This document shows positions 1-6,902 of a stretch of 6,902 nt of DNA, piece by piece (within the stretch, counting starts at the first letter, position 1; every line of letters starts with the position of its first letter). Made by a program: the position numbers and the translations under genes. The notes under the pieces are model-generated. The model was not told where the DNA came from, made no database searches, and saw only the letters and a list, made by a program, of their open reading frames with translations. The DNA is from Vitrella brassicaformis CCMP3155. Lineage: Eukaryota; Protista; Chromerida. The DNA lies in contig CDMY01000992.1 of the NCBI GenBank assembly GCA_001179505.1, positions 1 to 6,902 on the forward strand, written 5' to 3'.

Positions 1-81
1 CACGCACGACATGAGCATGTATTATGCCACACTTCTGTCACGACACGCACGACATAAGCATGTATTATGCCACACTTCTGT
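1..81. repeat. Tandem repeat, 43-bp period, two copies visible (may extend left of the window)
   Basis: cacgcacgacatgagcatgtattatgccacacttctgt at 1-38 recurs at 44-81 with one mismatch (g/a). Confidence 0.95.
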
Positions 82-570
82 TAAGGTCATTTGGCACTCT
101 ATATTCTGCACAAAAATCGATGAACGAACCACGTCAGTCACCACAGTGGACGATGCGCGTCTGGCAGCGCACCACACATGGATGAGAGGAGAGACATATA
201 AGAATACACACGCAGACACAAAGGCGGCAGAAAGCACAGCTCGATCACATTGACAGACAGAAAAGGCATGTCTGCATAGACAGTTGCGTCGGTCAGTCTG
301 CAATTCACTGCCTTGCTCCAGCGGCTCCCCCAACCGGTCGACGCATGACGGCCCGCTGCGATGATGGGCTTCTGTAGTCCTCATTGCGAAAAAGATGTAA
401 TGGAAGGACCACTGCATCGATCAATGAGGGAGGCAAATACACACGCACACACAGAGATGGGCACATGCAACTGAGGAGAGGGTACCGGAAGGACAGGCGA
501 GAAATCATATACACACACTCCAAGCCCAAACGTGCATGCACAGGTGTGCGCACAGAGTTGTTCATCATAC

Positions 571-744
571 AGCAGGATAAAAGTTCAAACGCCAGTCTCT
601 GAGGCCTGTTACGCAGTCCATTCTGGAATGCCAGGGCCTGCAAAACTCCGTTGAATTTGCGAATGATCCTGTACATCATGCTGTGTTTATAGCAGGATAA
701 AAGCTTAAACGCCAGTCTCTGAGGCGTATTACGGAGTCCATTCT
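571..744. repeat. Pair of 54-bp direct repeats, 120 bp apart
   Basis: 571-624 (agcaggataaaagttcaaacgccagtctctgaggcctgttacgcagtccattct) versus 691-744 (agcaggataaaagcttaaacgccagtctctgaggcgtattacggagtccattct): 49/54 identical by hand alignment. Confidence 0.95.
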
Positions 745-960
745 CTCTGTGCGTGTGTGCGTACTGTCACATCGTCGTTGTCTCAACCCAAAGTTGTAAA
801 ACACGGGGTCTCGTCTTTTCACAATCCAAGCTCTGTCCGTTGATGTTAAGTTCATGAGGAATTCAAAGCCGAGACTGTGTCCTCCATTGGCACCGGAAGC
901 AAGGGTATCGGTACCTGGTGAAGCCAGATATAGTGGCAAACCCTTTTCCTGCCTCTTTAC

Positions 961-1417
961 CTATGTGAAGGTTGCGTCTGGGCTGTTAACACCGAAGACA
1001 CGAATATCCACGTAGTACTTGATCTGTGTGCGAACGTGATAGACCGCATTGGTCGCTTCCCCTGAAGTCAAAACAGAACAAACATGTAGCAGTCAACGAG
1101 TATTTGAGCTCACCGTAATGGCTGCCTACGCGGGGATGAACTCCTATTGTGGCATATGATTCGTTGACTTGCTTACGTGCTGAGTCTTTTTCGACTCGAA
1201 CGCCCTCCCCAAGGTGGATTCGTTGTCCATGGAGGTCAAGGATGAAACCAAGATCCGATGGTGTCACAATCTCATGATCGTCAGACGCGACCTGGTATTT
1301 GAGCTTGTCGCCGTCGACGAACATACGCATCTCGACTGGTGGCACATAGGGCACCGAGGGGGCGAGCATTGTAGTGTCGAACACGTAATTGAGGCGAAAG
1401 AAAGAGTTCGCACGCAT
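961..1417 (-). pseudogene. Spliced gene fragment resembling the N-terminal domain of glycoside hydrolase family 97 (SusB-like alpha-glucosidase/alpha-galactosidase); truncated or pseudogenised
   Basis: Exon 1417-1114 reads VEMRMFVDGDKLKYQVASDDHEIVTPSDLGFILDLHGQRIHLGEGVRVEKDSARKQVNESYATIGVHPRVGSHY. Removing 1113-1062 continues in frame GEATNAVYHVRTQIKYYVDIRVFGVNSPDATFT* (TAG 963-961). The ordered pattern G.l.Y.V....iv.pS.LG / v.esY...G....v..hY.E / l.lRvF matches my recollection of GH97 N-terminal domains. The product is 134 aa, whereas full GH97 enzymes are several hundred residues longer. Confidence 0.65.
1062..1113 (-). other. Putative 52-nt spliceosomal intron
   Basis: Minus strand G|GTGAGC...gtttgttctgttttgacttcAG|G, with a T-rich tract and TTGAC branch-like motifs. 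Removal joins two frames that both fit the GH97-like pattern. Confidence 0.7.
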
Positions 1418-1526
1418 GTATCAGTTTTTTATCGCATAGACGGACTGCATTCTCAGAACTCCGCGTCTGTGGGCAGGTAGATGGACAGACAACATTCGGC
1501 CTCACGTTCACATGGGTGAGAAGCTT

Positions 1527-1554
1527 TATTTATATGAGTTATCCATGTTTTATA
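1527..1554 (-). promoter_or_regulatory. Two TATA-box-like motifs upstream of the GH97-like ATG
   Basis: Minus strand TATAAAA (1554-1548) and TATAAATA (1534-1527) lie in a local AT-rich island about 110-135 nt upstream of ATG 1417, in otherwise GC-balanced DNA. Confidence 0.35.
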
Positions 1555-1595
1555 TAATATGCCGTCCGCAAGTCGACGCGTGCGTGTGCAGAAAT

Positions 1596-1827
1596 GCGCC
1601 TGCAGTTGGTTCGTGTGTGCAATGAATATGTTTATGCTGCGCACGTCTGTAGTTGGCGGGTGTGTGTAATGAATGGTTTTGTCCGCACGCTTGCACTTGT
1701 ATTGGCTGGTGTGTGCGATGAATGTATTTCTTCGCCTGTACACGCTTGTAGTTGGCGGGTATGTACAATGAATGTCCCTGTGCGCACGCCTGCGCAAGCC
1801 TATAGTTGGTTGGCGTGTGCAGTGAAA
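1596..1827. repeat. Degenerate minisatellite, five copies, 47-54-bp period
   Basis: Core approximately cacgcytgtagttggcgggtgtgtgcaatgaat. The aatgaat-type ends start at 1621, 1668, 1717, 1767 and 1821 (spacings 47, 49, 50, 54). Confidence 0.9.
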
Positions 1828-2026
1828 AACCCCCCTCAGATTTCGGAAGAACTACAGTGAAGCGCTGAATCTTCGAAGAAATATCCGCAATGCACATCCA
1901 GGCATCCAAGAAATATAGCGATGGCCAAGGCTGAGAGACAGACTTAAGGCCAAACTGAAGACTTCGATATAGGCGCTGCCCAATACACACAAGAAAGAAG
2001 CGAGACGAAAGCATAAGCTCGAAGCA

Positions 2027-2292
2027 GCCAAACTTCCAGGGTGGTAAGCCCACAGTTTTTTGGTACAGAGGGACGAATGAAAGTGGGAGCACGATACAGC
2101 TTACAGCTGCATTTTCCTTCTTGAGATCTAGAGGTGTAGCGATAGGATTTGGCAAGGCAGAAAGTCAGCCAAAGATCGAAGGGTGTAATCCCAGAACCCA
2201 CAGGCATAGCGGCGCAGGTCCGAAGGCAATGGCACAGCGGCCTAAGTTCGAAGACTGCAAGCCCAGAACCCAATGGTACAGAGGGATAAATG
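2027..2292 (+). repeat. Three dispersed diverged copies of a 33-53-bp unit
   Basis: 2027-2079 versus 2240-2292 are about 36/53 identical with a perfect tggtacagaggga block. 2168-2200 versus 2240-2272 are 27/33 identical. Confidence 0.75.
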
Positions 2293-2325
2293 CTAGAGAC
2301 TATAATATGCCTCTACTGTCCTTCC

Positions 2326-2366
2326 GGGGATTTGGGGGAAGGGGAGTGGGGAAGGGGAGCGAGGGG
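2326..2366 (+). other. G-quadruplex-forming sequence motif
   Basis: Six runs of four or more G (starting 2326, 2334, 2341, 2348, 2354, 2363) with 2-5-nt loops. Confidence 0.7.
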
Positions 2367-2980
2367 TAAAGTGGAGAGGAGGTGTAATGAACGAAGGAGG
2401 TCCTGTGATGACCCTGTAGCCCTGTGGCGTAGCATTCATGGTCATATATATTCATGTATATATTGAAATATCCCTGTATATGCCATATTCACCATCCATT
2501 GCTTGATATTCTAGTGCACACGTTGTCCTTACTCAGTGGAACACTTCCATAGGACTGCACCGGGACCATTTCTCGGATTTGCTGAGCCCGCCATTGTATG
2601 GGAAGCGAGAATTCGAGTCGTCTGGAGGTCCAATTACGATCGATCGAAAGACGCTGCTGCTGCTCAGACGCAGATGGTCCTGTTAAAAGGAGAACGAACG
2701 GACGAATGCAGATCCATTTTGCCATCAGTAAGAATTCGAAACGAGAGCGGGGGGATAATGTCGATGACCGTTCTAGTCAGGACGATGCTGCGCCTCAAGT
2801 CAAGGACCCCGGGGGAGCGATTCACGCGCAGAGCGAATGGCCTCACCGCCTCACACAATGTCCCAGGTCCACACGCGGGTCCCCGGTAATTTGTGACCGC
2901 TCCGGCTACCAATGAGCTACAGCAGCAGCAGTTTCACGCAATGCCCTATGCAGCCCGACGGCCTGGTCCCATGTTAGCAA

Positions 2981-3031
2981 AACACGCAACATGCAACATG
3001 CAACATGGAACATGCAACACGCAACATGCAA
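2981..3031. repeat. Heptanucleotide microsatellite (AACAYGC)7
   Basis: aacacgc aacatgc aacatgc aacatgg aacatgc aacacgc aacatgc aa. Confidence 0.95.
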
Positions 3032-3276
3032 GGGGCAGAAGCAGGCAGGCAGATCTGGAAAGGCGCTGCGGGAGACGGCAACATATAGGTGCCGCTTTGC
3101 GATCGACTTCGCTCATATGACTCACCTAGCTCTTGGACGCCTGAAGAGACATCATGGCGAGGTTCTTGCGCTTTGTCCCTGCCAGTCTTCGGGTCTTGGC
3201 TCCTGCGGCTACAACAACAGCACAGAGCCTGCTAAGTGGCATCGGATGGCGAAGAAGCGACTATGCCACGCCCTGA

Positions 3277-3831
3277 ATGTGTCAACCAACGGCGTTCGTC
3301 TCCATACCCCGCGACCAGCTCGCCAGGTGCATGAGGCGGGCCCCTAATGAGTCGGCGGGCGAAGAAGGGGGAAAAGAGAGAGTCCGACTGCAAGAATGGA
3401 GTCAGATGATGCACGAGAAGAAGGGAGAGAAGAGGAGAGATGAGCATACCTTTCGAGCTGTCAAAGAGCCTCGTGCGCCACGAGAGGGCGTCATCAAGAA
3501 GACTACCCAGGCGACGAACCCCAACGACTACACTCTTGGCCGTGCCAAGGGGACAGTGATCAGCAGCCTCAAGCGGAAAATATTTGTAGATGCCTTGGAG
3601 GAATCAAGTCGCCGTAAGTACAACGCCCTGAAGCAGCTGGATCCGACGCACGAGTTCGTGCAACGTACCGATAAATTCATGGAGAACAAATGTCGGACTG
3701 CGCAGTGCAGCAAGAATAGCGAAATCACTGACCGCACGAAGAAGGCTTTGATAGCTTTCACAGAAGCAAGGGCGACCAGAACGTCTGATCTAGAGTCTGC
3801 AATGTACGCATACACTGACAGAGAAGCATGA
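3277..3831 (+). CDS. Hypothetical protein (184 aa, start uncertain) with a tentative Myb/SANT-like helix-turn-helix segment
   Basis: Hydrophilic, K/E/R-rich translation with many G/C-ending codons from about 3400 onward. ISSLKRKIFVDALEESSRRKYNALKQLDPTHEFVQRTDKFMENKCRT loosely follows the single-repeat Myb pattern Wt..E...l...v......kW..Il..p.f..Rt....kdKWR, but all three Trp positions are replaced. Confidence 0.4.
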   Translation: MCQPTAFVSIPRDQLARCMRRAPNESAGEEGGKERVRLQEWSQMMHEKKGEKRRDEHTFRAVKEPRAPREGVIKKTTQATNPNDYTLGRAKGTVISSLKRKIFVDALEESSRRKYNALKQLDPTHEFVQRTDKFMENKCRTAQCSKNSEITDRTKKALIAFTEARATRTSDLESAMYAYTDREA

Positions 3832-3866
3832 TAGGAGAAACACAATCGCAAAAGCACGAGCGCACT

Positions 3867-5780
3867 CTACGGCATGAGTGATAGCAGCATACGACAAACC
3901 AGACACGGACTAACTGGCTGATCATACATCACCATATACACGACTGGCAGCTCAAACACAACCACACACACTATGCCGCCCAAACACAACCCACAACATC
4001 CACACTCCCACGACGCGTCCAAAACACACCGCTCACGGCCGCTCCTGGCATGCAAACGTGCGCGTCTGTGCCCCGCCCGCTGCGGTATCCGGGCATCGGC
4101 CGTGCGATGCGTGCGGCAGGACACTTGAAAAGCATTCCATCACATCAACGCCACCGACAAACACTGCCCCCCGTGATTCATGACACCCTCATGAAAAAAC
4201 GCCCGATCTTCGGCAGAGCTGGCGGTTGGTGGGACACGGCGCTGCGCCAGGCGGCGGAGTAAGGCAAGCATCTGTGCACCCTAGCAGCCGAACGTCTCCG
4301 GCGCCAAAAGCACGAACGTGTAGCCTTTCTGCCGACAGTTGTTACCGTATTTGCGGTCCTTGTCGCGCTCTGCCCCCGCAGCCGCAGTGCCGCCCGGCTG
4401 CCGTGCGTGGCTGCGGTTGACTTGGGTGTGGTGAGGGGTGGAGCTCTCGGGCCGACAAGGGTGGACCACTGTGACATCGCACAGGCCGCCCTCGCCGTCG
4501 ACAGTAAAGAAGAGGTCCATGCGCTGACTGTTGGGCTCGGCGTTGGGCGGGACGATGTCGAGAGAGCGCAGGGGCACTTCCGTAGCAGCCGTAATGCCCA
4601 CCTCCACAAAGATAGCGTTGAATATATCGAGCAGAGTGTTGTGCTTAAACACGCGCTCCGCCGTCGCGCGGCTGTAGAGGAAAAAGTGGTCTCTGAGGGC
4701 GTCGATGGCCACGCCGCAAGGGCAAGAGGACGCCAGGTTGGCGAGAGGGAAGGTGAGGCCGAAGGTGAGAGCGGTCGCGAGGCGGTAAGAGTAGTTGTTC
4801 AGGCACTTGCGCTTGTCACCTCGGGTGTAGGCGAGGATAGCTGATAGCCAGCCCGACGACAGAGGCCCCAGGCAGGTGAGAAAGCGGCATCGGTCACGAC
4901 TGCCAGCCGGAAAGGACTCGAACAGGGTGTTGAAGTCCTTCTCTGAGAGGGCCTCCGAGAGCTTCTGCTACAGTCGGGCTTGCGGGCGGGTGATGAGCTG
5001 CTGGATGGGAGGGATGGCGACAGAGGGGAGAGATGCAGAGAAGCCGGTGCGGGCGGATGCTGCTGGGACGAGCCATTCCAGCTGGAGAAGAGAGGCTTCT
5101 GACTCGGGCATCCAGGGTTGCCCATGAAAATGGTCCCACACATCCTCCACAGTGACAGCTACCGATCCCAGATAAGCAGCCGGTGCGACGCGGGCAGACG
5201 ACATCAGCTCGAAGTCCCCCAGCCGAATAGAGAGCTGCACCTGCCGGTGTGCGGGACTAGACAAGGCGCCCGTGCGGTGGATTCGGGTGAAGGCCGTGAT
5301 CTTCGCAGCATCGTGTACACGGGCGGCTGCCAAGAGGGAAGACGAGGGGGCAAGAAGGCGACACCAGTAGATGAAGTGCGGAGACCCGCAATAGCGAAGC
5401 AGCAGGTTCGCCCCCTGCACGCGTCTTCCCAATCGTCGACAGCAAAGGCCACCACGGCGTCGAGAAGGCGCTGGTGGCTGGCGACGACCTCGTTGATGGT
5501 GCGCTCGACGAAAGCCGGAGTGCCGATGGGGGCGGAGAGGAGGATAATCCTTCGGTAGACGCGCGCACACCTCGACTAATGATGGCGGTCGGCAGGTCGA
5601 CGGGTGAGCGCCAATGCTGGGACCAAGCATGGCACTTGTCGAGCCGCAGCACCAGACACGAAGAAGGCTCATGAAGACGCCCAGGCAGTCGCATCCGACA
5701 ATGCCGGGGGTGCAAGGCAAGACCATCACCAGTACGTCGCTGCATGGAAGACTGCAACTAGCTTCCTGACGACGTCGGGG
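3867..5780 (-). mobile_element. 5'-truncated, decayed CRE-like (RLE-type) non-LTR retrotransposon; both boundaries approximate
   Basis: Ordered motifs: LVLRLDKCHAW (5658-5623, late RT); EG/IILLSAPIGTPAFV (about 5550-5510); QGANLLLRYCGSPHFIYWCR; VQLSIRLGDFELMSSARVAPAAYLGS (LP.r.GGlGl.s....apaAylaS thumb motif); QKLS...SSGWLSA; CPCG..ID...DH; then the RLE domain. Frameshifts occur near 5549 and 5420, and in-frame stops at 4970-4968, 4283-4281 and 4142-4140. No poly(A) tail or target-site duplication is visible. Confidence 0.9.
4140..4724 (-). pseudogene. CCHC zinc knuckle plus PD-(D/E)xK restriction-like endonuclease domain of the CRE-like element
   Basis: CPCGVAIDALRDHFFLY (last Cys replaced by Tyr, 4676-4674), KHNTLLD, TEVP, RMDL (4523-4512), DVTVVHP (from 4478), AAAGAERDKDRKY, FVLLAPETFGC*G, QCLSVALM*WNA. 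This is the motif order of R2/CRE-type RLE domains. Confidence 0.92.
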
Positions 5781-5923
5781 CATTCAAGCTCCTCAAAGAA
5801 TACCCAGCATATTACGAACGGGCTGTCAAGGACCTCAGAGAGCAACACCTTCAGGTCATTGACTCGAACATCCCCAAGGCTGGCCGAGGCCTTATATCTC
5901 TTTTACCACTACGCGCATGTGAC

Positions 5924-6640
5924 TCATTCCGAGGCATTAAGGGCGTTCTTCTGCCTGGCAACTTGAGCAGCTGGGTTATCTATGAGAAATGTCTTGAGCA
6001 TCTGAAACGGGACCACAAGGAGCGATGGGGCCAGCCGACGACGTCGTAACGCCTTTGTAAGGCCGACGTAAAGATCACGCAACACAGCGTCACTGATGGG
6101 ACCCATATTTGAAATAAGAGTGCGATGACCAGCATAGCTAAGCAAGGCTGCAAAGCGAGCATACATGTTGTGATGCTGTCGGTACACGTACGTGTGATCT
6201 GCCTGCATATTCCTGAACTGGTTGGTCGATGTGTATGCTGCCTGGGCCTCCAAAAGGGCCTTTTGTGCCAAAGGCCCACAATGGCCATTCCACACACGAC
6301 ACAAAAACCCAAGCTACCTGCGACGCGCTTCGTACGTGACAGAGAAGCGGCCGGCATCACTCAACAAAGCATCATTGCTGACACGAGACGACGCACGCAT
6401 GGCATGGAGCAAGAAACGACGATGCAGTTTGTCTAACTCCCGGCATGGCATGCCCGCCCAAAACTCGCAGCCATACAGATAGACAGACGACACAGTCGCA
6501 TCATAGACAAGGAAGAGGGTAGAGGGGTCGAGACGAGGCAGGTGTTGGAGGTGATGAAGGAAGATGCGCAGTGCAGTCGCTCCCTTACCACTCATCACCT
6601 GCAAATGATACGGGGGGGAAACTGTCATTAACCGTAACAC
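5924..6640 (-). mobile_element. Decayed LINE ORF2 fragment (RT thumb region) of a non-CRE, probably APE-type lineage
   Basis: LFLVYDATVSSVYLYGCEFWAG...LDKLHRRFLLHAMRASSRVSNDALLSDAGRFSVTYEARRR*LGFLCRVW fits the l.ly.a.V.s.l.YGcEvW / l...h..Fl / sn.all.e.Gr.pl...r.l.f..rl pattern of L1/RTE/L2-type thumbs. ORFs 6314-6640 and 5924-6304 are one frame split by TAG at 6316-6314. Confidence 0.8.
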
Positions 6641-6649
6641 TCGTCTGTG

Positions 6650-6902
6650 TGTCCGTGATACTCATACAAATACAGTCCCATCAGCACGCAGAGTCAAACA
6701 GGCTCAAGGGGAGGAGGGATCAATCCCCGCCCCATCAGCACACCCCAGTCCCGCAAACCCCCCCCTCCCTCCCCCACGCAGACAGAAGCTAGTCGCATGC
6801 GCGAGGGCGATAGACAAGCGAGAGCGAATCCATCCAGACACATGACTGAACCCCCGACCCTTCCACCCCTCCTTCTCCAACAGCGCATGAGCCATGTGAG
6901 CG
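6650..6902 (-). mobile_element. 3' end (RLE C-terminus plus short 3' UTR) of a second, different RLE-type non-LTR retrotransposon, running off the right edge
   Basis: AHALLEKEGWKGRGFSHVSGWIRSRLSIALAHATSFCLRGGGR matches the la.K....ys.v.gWiR.rlS.al.rat..ClRGsR terminus I recall from CRE-like elements. Stop at 6706-6704, followed by G/T-rich sequence. The left boundary is approximate. Confidence 0.7.

Noticed and set aside
305-679. VVLPLHLF in the minus ORF as a further GH97 exon
   Set aside because: The match is too short and generic, and no consistent splice path could be built.
1596-1827. CRISPR-like repeat/spacer layout
   Set aside because: The repeats are degenerate, the linkers are short and partly homologous, no cas genes are present, and the context is eukaryotic. 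It is a minisatellite.
1453-2155. ORFs 1453-1797, 1550-2155 and 1594-1860
   Set aside because: They run through the minisatellite, and their repeated peptides simply reflect the DNA repeat.
2400-3270. Short ORFs and a possible DNA-transposon end or promoter in the AT-rich patch near 2440-2490
   Set aside because: I found no terminal inverted repeats or target duplications by eye, no recognisable protein motifs, and no nearby credible start.
3342-3348. Telomeric repeat seed (CCCTAA) supporting a subtelomeric location
   Set aside because: It is a single hexamer expected by chance, and no telomeric array is present in the window.
4407-5674. Plus-strand ORFs 4407-4844, 5118-5558 and 5474-5674
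   Set aside because: They are antisense shadows of the GC-rich retrotransposon coding frame and have no recognisable motifs.
1-6902. tRNA, rRNA, SL RNA or other structured RNA genes
   Set aside because: No cloverleaf, rRNA signature or Sm-site context was recognised. An Infernal/Rfam and tRNAscan search would be needed to exclude them fully.

Overview
Eukaryotic-looking, repeat-rich window with no bacterial operon structure. The right half (about 3867-6902) is a same-strand (minus) stack of three decayed non-LTR retrotransposon pieces. These are the extreme C-terminus of one restriction-like-endonuclease (RLE) element (6902-6704), an RT thumb fragment of a different LINE class (6640-5924), and a 5'-truncated CRE-like element (about 5780-3867) with late RT motifs, thumb, CCHC knuckle and RLE domain, broken by stops and frameshifts. 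The left half holds a minus-strand gene fragment resembling the N-terminal domain of glycoside hydrolase family 97 (1417-961), with a 52-nt GT-AG intron and upstream TATA-like boxes. It also holds several tandem or dispersed repeats, a strong G-quadruplex motif, and a plus-strand ORF (3277-3831) with a tentative Myb/telobox-like segment. All family calls are motif recognition by eye, not database searches. I see no convincing new multi-gene system; the best leads are the intron-bearing GH97-like fragment and the retroelement stack.
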